Part shown: positions 9,810 through 19,492 of the stretch, piece by piece | Numbering within the stretch: position 1 is the stretch's first letter | Layout of the letters: each line of letters begins with the position of its first letter | NCBI RefSeq assembly: GCF_009379765.1 | Contig: NZ_WHTD01000016.1 | Coordinates: 8,694-72,693 of the forward strand | From: Actinophytocola sp. | GTDB taxonomy: Bacteria; Actinomycetota; Actinomycetes; Mycobacteriales; Pseudonocardiaceae | Length of the DNA stretch: 64,000 nucleotides | Direction: 5' to 3' | Translations under genes and position numbers: made by a program | The notes under the pieces: model-generated | Seen by the model: the letters and a program-made list of their open reading frames with translations, nothing else | Database searches by the model: none | Told to the model about the DNA's origin: nothing

Positions 9810-11648
9810 ATGAGTGTGACTGAGCCGGACCTGCAGGACCCCGCCCTGGTGGCGGAGGTCGACCTTGCGCGTGCCGCAGCCCAAGAGGAGGCGGGCGACG
9901 AGGCGGTCGGTGCACACGTCGGATCGCACGTCGAGGGCGAAGCGGCGGTCACCCACCTGTTCGAGGCGGCCAAGCCCGGATATGGAGGCTGGCGCTGGGC
10001 GGCGACGCTCACGAGCGCCGGCGCCGGCACCGAGGTCACGGTGAGCGAGGTCGTCCTCCTCCCCGGCCCGGATGCCCTGGTGGCGCCCGACTGGGTGCCG
10101 TGGGAGCACCGCGTGCAGGCGGGCGACCTGGGCGTCGGCGACCTCCTGCCGACGGCCCCCGACGACCCCCGGCTCGTCCCCGCGTACGTGGCCTCCGACG
10201 ACCCGGCCGTCGAGGAGGTCGCCGCCGAGGTCGGCCTCGGCCGCACGCGCGTGATGGCCCGCCCCGCCCGGCTGGACGCGGCGACCCGGTGGCAGCAGAG
10301 CGAGTTCGGCCCGCGCTCGGACATGGCCAGAAGCGCCCCGGCACACTGCGGGACGTGCGGCTTCTACCTGCCGTTGGCGGGTTCGCTGCGGGCGGCCTTC
10401 GGCACCTGCGGGAACGAGATCTCCCCGGCCGACGGCCACGTGGTCCACACGGAGTACGGCTGCGGCGCGCACAGTGAGGCAGAGGTCGAGCAGGTCTCTC
10501 CGGTCCTGGTGGCCAACCTCATCTACGACGACGCCCGCTTGGACGTCGAACCCCTGGCGGACGAGCCCGCCGAGGCCGAGGCTTCGGCCGACGCCGACGC
10601 CGAGGCCGCCGCCGAGGTGGTCGAGGAGCCCTCCGACGTCGAGGTGCCTGCCGCGAGGGAGCCCGAGCCGGCCGCCGAGGAGCCGGCCGACGACGCCGAC
10701 GCCGACGACGCCGCTGACGTGGCCAAGGTGGGCGAGGCACTCGCCGATACCGAGCTCCCGGCTGCCGAGCCCCGCACCGAGGACCAGCCAGCCGTCGAGC
10801 CGGACTCGGCTCGCCCCGAGACGAGCGCGACCGAGCAGCCGGCCCCGACGACCAGCTTCGTGGCCACCGCCGACGGCGAGGTGACCGCCGTCGAGGGCGA
10901 GCAGGCACCGCCCGCTCTCGGCCAGGGGGACATCGCCGGCCCGGCGGCGGACCCGGTCGCCGCCGAGGCGCCGAGCACCGAGGGCGATACCGCGGAGGAC
11001 GAGGCGCCGCGGAGTCCGGTGGACGAGGCGCCTGCGGCTCCACTCGAGCCGGTGGCGCCCACTGAGCACGCCGAGCCCGCTGAGCCCGCTGAGCACGCCG
11101 AGCCCGCCGAGCCCGCCGAGCAGGCAGAGCCTGTCGGGCAGGCTGAGCCCGCTGAGCACGTCGAGCACGTCGAGCAGGCCGAGCAGGCCGCGTCCGTCGA
11201 GCAGGCAGCGCCCGCAGAGCAGGCCGAGCAGGCAGAGGCCGTCGAGCAGGCAGCGTCCGCAGAGCAGGCCGAGCAGGCTGAGCCCGCAGCGCCCGCCGAG
11301 CAGGCAGCGTCCGCAGAGCAGGCCGAGCAGGCAGAGGCCGCCGAGCAGGCTGAGCAGGCTGAGCCCGCAGCGCCCGTCGAGCAGGCCGAGCAGGCCGAGC
11401 CCGCAGCACCCGCCGAGCAGGCAGCGCCCGCCGAGCAGGCCGAGCAGGCAGCGCCCGCCGAGCAGGCAGCGCCCGCCGAGCAGGCAGCGCCCGCCGAGCA
11501 GGCAGCGCCCGCCGAGCAGGCAGCGCAGGTAGAGGTCGGCCAAGACTGGATGGGGTCGAGCGAGCCGGAGCAGCCGGGACGAACCGAGTCCGCGCGGGAC
11601 GGCGTGGCTGAGCCTGGGGCGGCAGGGGCAGGGCCGGCGGACGGGTGA
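9810..11648 (+). CDS. DUF3027 protein with long acidic, repetitive C-terminal tail
   Basis: GYGGWRWAAT, LVAPDWVPW, CGTCGF...FGTCGN...YGCGAHS (Rv0877-like), then a long E/A/P/Q-rich tail. Confidence 0.85.
   Translation: MSVTEPDLQDPALVAEVDLARAAAQEEAGDEAVGAHVGSHVEGEAAVTHLFEAAKPGYGGWRWAATLTSAGAGTEVTVSEVVLLPGPDALVAPDWVPWEHRVQAGDLGVGDLLPTAPDDPRLVPAYVASDDPAVEEVAAEVGLGRTRVMARPARLDAATRWQQSEFGPRSDMARSAPAHCGTCGFYLPLAGSLRAAFGTCGNEISPADGHVVHTEYGCGAHSEAEVEQVSPVLVANLIYDDARLDVEPLADEPAEAEASADADAEAAAEVVEEPSDVEVPAAREPEPAAEEPADDADADDAADVAKVGEALADTELPAAEPRTEDQPAVEPDSARPETSATEQPAPTTSFVATADGEVTAVEGEQAPPALGQGDIAGPAADPVAAEAPSTEGDTAEDEAPRSPVDEAPAAPLEPVAPTEHAEPAEPAEHAEPAEPAEQAEPVGQAEPAEHVEHVEQAEQAASVEQAAPAEQAEQAEAVEQAASAEQAEQAEPAAPAEQAASAEQAEQAEAAEQAEQAEPAAPVEQAEQAEPAAPAEQAAPAEQAEQAAPAEQAAPAEQAAPAEQAAPAEQAAQVEVGQDWMGSSEPEQPGRTESARDGVAEPGAAGAGPADG
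11060..11530 (+). repeat. Coding tandem repeats with 9- and 18-bp units (AEQ, AEP, AAPAEQ)
   Basis: gccgagcag and gcagcgcccgccgagcag repeated many times in frame. Confidence 0.9.
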
Positions 11649-14482
11649 CCGATCCGTTCGGGACCGAGCGGCTTCGGGAGGCCGTTCTGGCCTCCTGGCG
11701 AGACTCCCCGACTCGGTTTCGTGAGGACGCCAACGCCGAGGAGGACCTCTTCCTCGGCGGCTACCGGGACCGGGTCGTCGTCGAGCTGGCGCAGAACGCC
11801 GCCGACGCGGCCGGGCACGACGGGGTCCTCCGGGTTTCCGTCGTGGGCGGTGAGGTGCGGGTCGCCAACACCGGGCGGGCGCTGGACGCCGCCGGGGTCG
11901 CCTCGTTGGCCTCGCTCCGGGCGTCGGCCAAGGTGGGTGGGGTCGGGCGGTTCGGGGTCGGCTTCGCCGCGGTGCTGAGCGTCACCGACGCGCCTCGGGT
12001 CGTCTCCCGGTCCGGGGGTGTCGCGTTCTCCGCGGCGCGGACCCGGGACGCCATCGGGCAGACCGGGCGGGTTCCGGTGCTGCGGCTCGGGTGGCCCGCC
12101 GAGAACGAGGACCCCCTGCCGCACGGGTTCGACACCGAGGTTCGGCTGCCGACGGCCGCCCCGAGCGAACTCCTCGAGGAGTTCGCCGCGCAGGCGGGCG
12201 ACCTTCTGCTGTCCCTCGACGGGTTGCGGCGCATCGAGATCGGCGACCAGGTCTGGGAGCGCTCCGGCGACCACGACATCCGGTCACCCGAGGGAACCAC
12301 CCACTGGCTCGTCGTGCGCGACGCCGGGGTGCTCACCGACGTCAGCGAGCTCGGCGCCGAAGCCCGTCCACAGTGGACCGTCTGCTGGGCGGCGCGGCTC
12401 GACGACGACGGCCGGCCGGTGCCATTGCGGGACGAGGTGCTGCACGCCCCCACCCCCACCGACGAGCGGCTCTCCCTCCCCGCGCGGCTCATCGCCACGC
12501 TCCCCATCGAGGCCGACCGCCGCCGGGTCCGGCCCGGCGTCGCCACCGACGCCGTCCTCAGCGCCGCGGCCGCCGCCTACCCGCGCCTGCTCGCCCACCT
12601 CGACGACACCGACCGGACCGCGCTGGTACCCGTCCCGGGGTTCCCGCGGTCCGAAGTAGACGACCGGATCCGCCAGGAGGTGCTCGTCGCGCTGCGGAAG
12701 GCCCCGTGGCTGCCCGCGGGCGACCAGGCGATCGCACCGAACCAGGCCACCCTCCTGCCCGTGCCCAGCGACGCGCTCCGGGCCGCACTCGACGACACCG
12801 TCACGGGACTGGTCGACGCCGAACTCGCCGGCAGCGAGCACGCCCAGGCCCTCGCCGCACTGGAGACCAGACGGCTGACCATCGCCGACATCGTCGAGCA
12901 CGTCACCGGCACAAGGAAGGAACCCGGCTGGTGGCACCGGCTCTACGACGCGCTGAGCCCGATCGCCGACAACGACCCGGACGCCCGGGACGCGCTCGGC
13001 GCCCTCCCGGTCCCCCTCACCGACGGCCGCACGCTGCCCGGCCCGCGCGGCACGCTCATCGTCGACGCCGACCTCGATCTGTCCGAAGTGGACGTCAACG
13101 TCGTCCACCCGGACGCGGCGCACCCGCTGCTCGAGCGGCTCGGCGCGCGGCACGGCGGCGCCGAGGAGCTGCTCGACTCGCTCCGGCCGGCCGTCGAGCG
13201 CAGCGTCGAGGACGCCGAGTCCGGGATGGACGTCGAGCCGCTGCGGAAGGCCGTGCTGAGCCTCGTCGACACCGCGGGCGCGCGGCCGGGCGAACATCCC
13301 TGGCTCGCCGCGCTCGCGATGCGGGACGAGGCCGGCGACCACCGCCGGGCCGACGAGCTCGCCCTCCCCGGCTCGGCCTTCCTCGACCTCCTCGCCGAGG
13401 ACACCCCGCTGGGCGTGCTCGACCGGGCCACCGCCGAGCAGTGGCCGAAGTCCGTGCTCCAGGCGGTCGGCGTCCTCGACTCGTTCGCCGTCGTCGTCGA
13501 CGAGCCGCCCGCCGACGCCGACCACGAGCTCGCCGACGAGCAGGAATGGTGGGACTCCCTACCCGAGCCGCCGACCCGCCTCGTCGCCGTCCGGGACCTC
13601 GACCTCGTCGCCGACCACGCCTGGCCCGCCGCGCTGCGGCTGCTCGCCGCCGACCCGGTCACCTGGCAGGCCCTGCACGAGCCGGACGGCTACACCGGCT
13701 GGTGGATCGCCCGGCACGCCCGCCTCTTCGGCGAGCCGCCGCGCGCGTGGCGGATGCCCGACGCCGTCGAGCTCGTCGGGCTCTTCGACCCGGTCCCGCC
13801 GGTCGACGTCGACCCGTCCGTGCTCACCGCGATCGGGGTCCGCGAGCACCTGGACATCGAGCACGCGGCCGACGCCGAGGAGCTCCTCGACCGCCTCGCC
13901 GACGACGACCGCACGATCCCGCCCGGTGCCGCCCTCCGCGGCCACGCGGCCCTGGCCGAGGGGGTCCGCGACGGCGTCCTGCGCCCGGAGGACGTGCGGC
14001 CGCCGTACGCGGTCCGCACGCTCACCGGCGAGGTCCTCCCCGCCACCGAGGGCCTCGTGCTCAACGCCCCCTGGGTGCTCGGCGTCGTCGACCAGGAGCG
14101 GGTGGTCGGCGTCGGGTACGACTTCGTCCTCGCCGAGTCGCTCGCCGAGCTGCTCGACCTGCCGCCGGCCACCGAGATCGTCGTCGGCGACGTCCGCGGC
14201 GAGGCGGAACCCGTGCGCTGGGCGGACCTCGGCGCGGTCGTCGACGCGTGCGACCTCGCCGGGCTCGCCGTGCCGGCCGGCGGACCGCTCGTGCACCACC
14301 GGCTGACCGTTCGCATCGGACTGGTCGACCACGACGTGCCGTGGTGGGTCGACGGCGGCGTGCTGCACTGCGCGGACTCCGCCGCCGGCCTCGCCCGCGG
14401 GCTGGCCTGGGCCACCGACCACTGGGCCGACCGGCACACGCTCGCCGCGCTGCTCGACGACCCGGAGAACCTGCTGCGCTAG
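11645..14482 (+). CDS. Sacsin-like/GHKL ATPase N-terminal domain protein
   Basis: VELAQNAADA, VANTG, GRFGVGF GHKL motifs. GTGA overlap with the DUF3027 stop. Confidence 0.8.
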   Translation: MTDPFGTERLREAVLASWRDSPTRFREDANAEEDLFLGGYRDRVVVELAQNAADAAGHDGVLRVSVVGGEVRVANTGRALDAAGVASLASLRASAKVGGVGRFGVGFAAVLSVTDAPRVVSRSGGVAFSAARTRDAIGQTGRVPVLRLGWPAENEDPLPHGFDTEVRLPTAAPSELLEEFAAQAGDLLLSLDGLRRIEIGDQVWERSGDHDIRSPEGTTHWLVVRDAGVLTDVSELGAEARPQWTVCWAARLDDDGRPVPLRDEVLHAPTPTDERLSLPARLIATLPIEADRRRVRPGVATDAVLSAAAAAYPRLLAHLDDTDRTALVPVPGFPRSEVDDRIRQEVLVALRKAPWLPAGDQAIAPNQATLLPVPSDALRAALDDTVTGLVDAELAGSEHAQALAALETRRLTIADIVEHVTGTRKEPGWWHRLYDALSPIADNDPDARDALGALPVPLTDGRTLPGPRGTLIVDADLDLSEVDVNVVHPDAAHPLLERLGARHGGAEELLDSLRPAVERSVEDAESGMDVEPLRKAVLSLVDTAGARPGEHPWLAALAMRDEAGDHRRADELALPGSAFLDLLAEDTPLGVLDRATAEQWPKSVLQAVGVLDSFAVVVDEPPADADHELADEQEWWDSLPEPPTRLVAVRDLDLVADHAWPAALRLLAADPVTWQALHEPDGYTGWWIARHARLFGEPPRAWRMPDAVELVGLFDPVPPVDVDPSVLTAIGVREHLDIEHAADAEELLDRLADDDRTIPPGAALRGHAALAEGVRDGVLRPEDVRPPYAVRTLTGEVLPATEGLVLNAPWVLGVVDQERVVGVGYDFVLAESLAELLDLPPATEIVVGDVRGEAEPVRWADLGAVVDACDLAGLAVPAGGPLVHHRLTVRIGLVDHDVPWWVDGGVLHCADSAAGLARGLAWATDHWADRHTLAALLDDPENLLR

Positions 14483-14486
14483 GGCG

Positions 14487-14777
14487 CTAGAGGTTGCGCT
14501 GGGCGCCGCGGGCGCCGCGCCGGGACGCCCGGCGCTGCCACACCATGATCGGCACCCCGATGAGGCCGAGGACGAACCCGCACAGCGCGGTCCACAGCCA
14601 GATCGGCGGCAGCGCGTCGAAGCCGTAGCGCGCGATCAGCAGCACCACGAGCGCGACCAGCCACACCGCCGTGCCCCCGTAGACCACCGGCGGCAACGCC
14701 AGCAGGCGCGGCGAGAGCGGGGGCGGAGGTGACTTCTGTGTTTCGATTCGCGCGTCGGGTTCCGCTTGGCCTGCCAC
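14487..14777 (-). CDS. DUF2530 small membrane protein
   Basis: PPPL..RLL, two TM helices, C-terminal RRGARGAQ; Rv0879c-like. Confidence 0.75.
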   Translation of the reverse strand: MAGQAEPDARIETQKSPPPPLSPRLLALPPVVYGGTAVWLVALVVLLIARYGFDALPPIWLWTALCGFVLGLIGVPIMVWQRRASRRGARGAQRNL

Positions 14778-14797
14778 ATGCGCGAGGCTACCGGCTC

Positions 14798-16261
14798 ATG
14801 GCGAACAGGACAGCCGGCTCCGCACTGGATCGCTTCTTCAAGATCACCGAGCGCGGGTCCACGCCGGCCAGAGAGATCCGCGGGGGCCTCGTCACCTTCG
14901 TCACGATGGCCTACATCGTCGTGCTGAACCCGCTCATCATCGGCAGCTTCACCGCCGACCCGAACAACCCCACGACGCACGACGACGCGTTCGGCAACAT
15001 CCTGCCCGCGGGCCAGGTCGCCGCCGTCACCGCGCTCGTGGCCGGTGTCATGACAATCCTGTTCGGACTCGTCGCGAACTACCCGTTCGCGCTGGCCACG
15101 GGGCTGGGCATCAACGCGTTCGTGGCGGTGACCATCGTGCCGCAGATGAGCTGGCCGGCCGCGATGGGCCTCGTCCTGCTCAACGGCGTCGTGGTGCTGG
15201 TCCTCGTGGTGACCGGCGTGCGCACGATGGTGTTCAACGCGGTACCGCCGTCGCTCAAGGCGGCGATCGCGGTCGGCATCGGCCTGTTCATCACGCTGAT
15301 CGGGCTGGTCGACGCCGGGTTCGTCCGCCGGCTGCCGGATGTCGCGAACACCACTGTCCCGGTTGGACTGGGCATCAACGGCTCGATCGCGTCCTGGCCG
15401 ACGTTCGTGTTCGTCGTCGGGCTGATCCTCACCGGGATCCTGGTGGCCAAGCGGGTGAAGGCCGCGATCCTCATCGGCGTGCTCGCCACCACGGTGCTCG
15501 CGATCATTGTCGAGGCCATTGTGGACGCCGGCAAGTACGAGGGCGTGAACCCCACGGGCTGGAACCTCGGCTACCCGGCGCTGCCCGACGACGTCGTGGG
15601 CGCGCCGAACCTGTCGCTGCTGGGCGACGTCAACCTCGACGCTTGGGTGCAGGTGCCGGTCATCACCGCGGTGCTGCTCGTGTTCACCCTGGTGCTGACC
15701 GACTTCTTCGACACGATCGGCACGATGACCGGGCTCGGCAAGGAGGCCGGTCTCGTCGGCGAGGACGGCAAGCTGCCCGGCGTCGGCAAGGCACTGTTCG
15801 TCGACGGCCTCGGCGCGGTCGCCGGCGGCGCGGCGTCGTCGAGCTCCAACACCGTCTACATCGAGTCCGCGGCCGGCATCGCCGAGGGCGCGCGGACCGG
15901 TCTCGCGAACGTGGTCACCGGCCTGCTGTTCATCGCCGCGATGTTCTTCACCCCGCTCTACCAGGCGGTGCCGGTCGAGGCGGCGGCGCCCGCGCTGGTG
16001 GTCGTCGGCGTGCTGATGATGGCGCAGATCAGGGAGATCGACTTCACGGACTTCACGATCGCGCTGCCCGCGTTCCTGACGATCGTGGTGATGCCGTTCA
16101 CCTACTCGATCGCCAACGGCATCGGCGCCGGCTTCATCAGCTACGTGCTGTTGCGGACCGCGACCGGCCGGGCCCGCGGGATCCACCCGCTGATGTGGGT
16201 GGTGGCGGCGTTGTTCGCGGTCTACTTCGCGATCGGGCCGATCCAGGCCGCACTGGGCTGA
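14798..16261 (+). CDS. NCS2 family (AzgA-like) purine permease
   Basis: LDRFFKITERGST, TFVTMAYIVVLNP, DFFDTIGT, YIESAAGIAEGARTG, MPFTYSI. Confidence 0.92.
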   Translation: MANRTAGSALDRFFKITERGSTPAREIRGGLVTFVTMAYIVVLNPLIIGSFTADPNNPTTHDDAFGNILPAGQVAAVTALVAGVMTILFGLVANYPFALATGLGINAFVAVTIVPQMSWPAAMGLVLLNGVVVLVLVVTGVRTMVFNAVPPSLKAAIAVGIGLFITLIGLVDAGFVRRLPDVANTTVPVGLGINGSIASWPTFVFVVGLILTGILVAKRVKAAILIGVLATTVLAIIVEAIVDAGKYEGVNPTGWNLGYPALPDDVVGAPNLSLLGDVNLDAWVQVPVITAVLLVFTLVLTDFFDTIGTMTGLGKEAGLVGEDGKLPGVGKALFVDGLGAVAGGAASSSSNTVYIESAAGIAEGARTGLANVVTGLLFIAAMFFTPLYQAVPVEAAAPALVVVGVLMMAQIREIDFTDFTIALPAFLTIVVMPFTYSIANGIGAGFISYVLLRTATGRARGIHPLMWVVAALFAVYFAIGPIQAALG

Positions 16262-16307
16262 CCATGATCATTGTGACGCAGCGGAAATCGTGAGGTATGC
16301 TAACGAT

Positions 16308-16757
16308 GTGTCGAACAAGGAGCAGGACGTAGCCGAACGCTCGTTGGCCAGCCGCCTGCGGCTGGCAACAGTGCGGCTCAACCGCAGGCTTCGCGCCCAG
16401 CGGACCAGCTCCTCGGTAACGCTCACCCAGCTTTCCGCGTTGTTCTGCCTGCACAAGTGCGGCCCCCTCACCCCAGGTGAGCTCGCCGCCAAGGAGGTTG
16501 TCCAACCCCCGTCCATGACCAGGGTGATCGCTGCGCTCGAGGAGCACGGTTACGTCAGCCGACGACCGCATCCCACTGACGGCCGACAGGCCATCGTAGA
16601 GATCACCGAGGAGGGGAGCGCGCTCATTCTGGCCGACATCTCGGCGCGCGAAGCCTGGTTGGACAAGCGACTCGCCGAGTTGGCTCCCGAGCAGCGGGAC
16701 GTGCTGTCCCAGGCCGCGGAGATCATCGACCGGATGGCGAGCCAACAGGATAAGTGA
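16308..16757 (+). CDS. MarR family regulator (Rv0880-like)
   Basis: LTPGELAAKEVVQPPSMTRVIAALE...RPHPTDGR. TATGCT -10 six nt before GTG (leaderless). Confidence 0.9.
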   Translation: MSNKEQDVAERSLASRLRLATVRLNRRLRAQRTSSSVTLTQLSALFCLHKCGPLTPGELAAKEVVQPPSMTRVIAALEEHGYVSRRPHPTDGRQAIVEITEEGSALILADISAREAWLDKRLAELAPEQRDVLSQAAEIIDRMASQQDK

Positions 16758-18151
16758 GAGAAGCAACAGCGTGTGACCCGACCAGGACGACCGGTTCGCC
16801 TCGAGCCGCGCTCGTCGACCCGTCGAAGAACGACGTGAACCATCGAGGCATGTTCGGCTCCCTGCGGTTGCGCAACTACCGGCTGTTCGCGTCCGGGCAG
16901 GTGGTCTCCAACGTCGGCACCTGGATGCAGCGCATCGCGCAGGACTGGCTGGTGCTGGAGCTGTCCGGGTACAACCCGATCGCGCTCGGCATCGCCGCCT
17001 CGCTGCAGTTCCTGCCCACGCTGGCACTGACGCTGTGGGCGGGCGTGCTCGCCGACCGGCTGGACAAGCGCAAGCTGCTGATGCTCGTGCAGTCCGGCAT
17101 GGCCGTGTCCGCCGTGGTGCTCGGCGTGCTCGACGTGACCGGCCTGGTCGAGCTCTGGCAGGTCTACCTGCTCTGCCTCGTCTTCGGGATGTTCACCGCG
17201 TTCGATCCACCGGTGCGCCAGGCGTTCGTCGGCGAGATGGTCGGCAAGGAGCACCTGACGAACGCGGTGGCCCTGAACTCGACGACGTTCAACCTGGCTC
17301 GGATCGTCGGCCCCGCCATCGCCGGCATGATGATCGTCTGGACCGGCACCGGCTGGGTGTTCCTGGTCAACGCGGTCTCGACGGTGGCGGTGATCATCGG
17401 CCTGGCCCGGATGAACCCCGCGGAGCTGCACCGGAACCCCGCACCCGCGTCGCGTCGCGGCCAGCTGATGGCCGGCCTGCGGTACGTGCGCGGGCGGGCG
17501 GACATCATGGCGGTGCTCGTGCTCGTGTTCTGCGTGAGCACGTTCGCGATCACCTTCTTCACGACCCTGGCCATCGCCGCGGCGAACGTCTTCCACCGCG
17601 AGGCGGACGGCTACGGGCTGCTGTCCACACTGCTCGCGGTCGGCACGTTCGCGGGTGCGCTGCTGGCGGTTCGGCGCAGCACGCGGCGGCGACCAGGCCT
17701 GAAGCTGCTGACCGGCGCGGCGTTCGCGTTCGGGGTGCTGGAGCTGGTGGCCGGGCTGATGCCGAGCTTCCTGACCTTCGGGCTGGCGCTGATCCCGGTC
17801 GGCTTCGCGATGATGACGTTCATGAACACGGCCAACACCACGATCCAGCTGGCGACCGCGCCGGAGATGCGCGGGCGGGTGATGGCGCTGTACATGCTGG
17901 TGTTCATCGGCGGGAACCCGGTCGGCGGGCCGATGACCGGCTGGATGGCCGCCGAGTTCGGCGGGCGGTCACCGTTCATCATCGGCGGCGTCGTCGCGGC
18001 CTTGTCGGCCGTGGTGTGCGGGGTCGTGCTGGCCCGGCGGGGCGGGGTCCAGATGCGGGACCGGATCCGGCCGCGGTGGATCATGCGCTACCGGCGGGCG
18101 CGGCCGGCCGAGCCGGCGGTGGCCCCGGAACCGGAGCGGGTCGAGGCCTGA
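16754..18151 (+). CDS. MFS transporter
   Basis: RNYRLF..GQVVSNVGTWMQRIAQDWLV, about 12 TM helices. GTGA-coupled to marR. Confidence 0.9.
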   Translation: MREATACDPTRTTGSPRAALVDPSKNDVNHRGMFGSLRLRNYRLFASGQVVSNVGTWMQRIAQDWLVLELSGYNPIALGIAASLQFLPTLALTLWAGVLADRLDKRKLLMLVQSGMAVSAVVLGVLDVTGLVELWQVYLLCLVFGMFTAFDPPVRQAFVGEMVGKEHLTNAVALNSTTFNLARIVGPAIAGMMIVWTGTGWVFLVNAVSTVAVIIGLARMNPAELHRNPAPASRRGQLMAGLRYVRGRADIMAVLVLVFCVSTFAITFFTTLAIAAANVFHREADGYGLLSTLLAVGTFAGALLAVRRSTRRRPGLKLLTGAAFAFGVLELVAGLMPSFLTFGLALIPVGFAMMTFMNTANTTIQLATAPEMRGRVMALYMLVFIGGNPVGGPMTGWMAAEFGGRSPFIIGGVVAALSAVVCGVVLARRGGVQMRDRIRPRWIMRYRRARPAEPAVAPEPERVEA

Positions 18152-18317
18152 CCCGACCGCTCGACGGCCTCCTCGGGCGCTGCCCGGGGAGGCCGAATTT
18201 CCATGCGTACCTAGGGATTCTCCCCGATGTGCGGGTCCGGTCGTCGGCGTACCGTTCCCCCCTTGTAGTGCATTCCGGTCAATCGACTCATTCCGCACTC
18301 CCGTTTACGGAGCCCCG

Positions 18318-19316
18318 ATGAAGGCAATCGTGCAGGACCGGTACGGCCCACCCGACGTCCTGGAGCTGAGGGAGGTCGCCAAGCCCGTCCCCGCCGACGA
18401 CGAGGTGCTGGTGCGGGTGCACGCCGCCGCGGTCAACGCCTACGACTGGCACGTCATGCGGGGCGACCCGTACGTGGCGCGCCTGATGACGCCCGCCACG
18501 TTCGGGTTCGGCGGGCCCAAGGCGATGATCCGGGGCAGGGACTTCGCGGGGCGGGTGGAGGCGGTCGGCAAGGACATCGACCGGTTCAAGCCCGGCGACG
18601 AGGTGTACGGGGACCTCGGCAACGCCGACGGGGCGTTCGCCGAGTACGCGTGTGTCCCGGACGGCGCCGTGGAGCTGAAGCCGGCCAACCTGACGTTCGA
18701 GCAGGCGGCCGCGGTGCCGCTGGCGGGGACCACCGCGCTCGTGGGCCTGCGTGACCTGGGCAAGGTCCAGGCGGAGCAGCGGGTCCTGGTCAACGGCGCG
18801 TCCGGCGGCGTGGGGACCTTCGCCGTGCAGATCGCCAAGTGGTTCGGCGCGGAGGTGACCGGTGTGTGCAGTACGCGGAACGTGGACCTGGTCCGGTCGC
18901 TGGGCGCGGACCACGTCATCGACTACACCCGGGAGGACTTCACCCGCGGCGGAATGCACTACGACCTCGTCTTCGACCTCGTGGGGAACCGTTCGCTGAC
19001 CGAGTGCCGGCGCGTGCTGACCCCCGAGGGCGCGCTCGTCCTGTCCGGCGGCGGCGTGTCCAAGGGCGGCAGCCTCTTCTGGCCGATGGGGCTCATCATC
19101 AGGGGGCAGGTGGTGGCCCGTTTCGCCCGCCGCCGGCGGGTCATCCTGTGCACGGTGCAACCGACCAAGGAGCACCTGGCGGCGTTGCGGGACATCATCG
19201 AGTCGGGGAAGGTCACCCCGGTCATCGACCGGACCTACCCGTTGAAGGACGTGCCCGAGGCCATCCACTACGTCGAGGTGGAGCACGCCCGGGTCAAGGT
19301 CGTCATCACCGTGTGA
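18318..19316 (+). CDS. MDR-family NAD(P)-dependent oxidoreductase
   Basis: MKAIVQDRYG, GRDFAGRVEAVG, NGASGGVGTFAVQIAK. Confidence 0.9.
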   Translation: MKAIVQDRYGPPDVLELREVAKPVPADDEVLVRVHAAAVNAYDWHVMRGDPYVARLMTPATFGFGGPKAMIRGRDFAGRVEAVGKDIDRFKPGDEVYGDLGNADGAFAEYACVPDGAVELKPANLTFEQAAAVPLAGTTALVGLRDLGKVQAEQRVLVNGASGGVGTFAVQIAKWFGAEVTGVCSTRNVDLVRSLGADHVIDYTREDFTRGGMHYDLVFDLVGNRSLTECRRVLTPEGALVLSGGGVSKGGSLFWPMGLIIRGQVVARFARRRRVILCTVQPTKEHLAALRDIIESGKVTPVIDRTYPLKDVPEAIHYVEVEHARVKVVITV

Positions 19317-19376
19317 GCCCATCTGTGGACAAGTCGACAAAGTGGCGCGAGTGAGATCGACGCTTGCCTCACCGAC

Positions 19377-19395
19377 TAAAGTTAGGCTAGCCTAA
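19377..19395. promoter_or_regulatory. IdeR/DtxR iron box overlapping a housekeeping-type promoter
   Basis: TAAAGTTAGGCTAGCCTAA versus consensus TTAGGTTAGGCTAACCTAA (16/19). TTGCCT(19364)-N18-TAGCCT(19388). Confidence 0.75.
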
Positions 19396-19398
19396 CGG

Positions 19399-19492
19399 CG
19401 TCGCTTCGTGGTGGGAGCGGCAGTCAGTTCGGGAACATGCGAAACCCCGGTTCGCGGCAGGCGGCACTGCCCGGGCCGGGGTTTCGTGTCGC
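19399..19492 (+). ncRNA. Candidate iron-regulated small RNA
   Basis: Promoter and IdeR box between convergent genes with no plausible + strand CDS. 5' hairpin GTCGCTTC/GGAGCGGC and long 3' stem GCGAAACCCCGG.../...CCGGGGTTTCGT. Confidence 0.5.

Noticed and set aside
9762-11543. N-terminal CLLGG-repeat extension of the glutaminyl cyclase ORF
   Set aside because: Shadow of DUF3027. The lipoprotein signal peptide places the start at 9761.
10523-12274. Minus-strand ORF rich in ACSAG repeats resembling a Cys/Ser RiPP precursor
   Set aside because: It is the antisense shadow of the AEQ repeats in DUF3027, and no modifying enzymes are nearby.
18211-18256. TAGGGATTCTCCCCGATGTG operator-like motif before the MDR gene
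   Set aside because: Single copy, imperfect symmetry and no adjacent cognate regulator, so it cannot be supported from this window.
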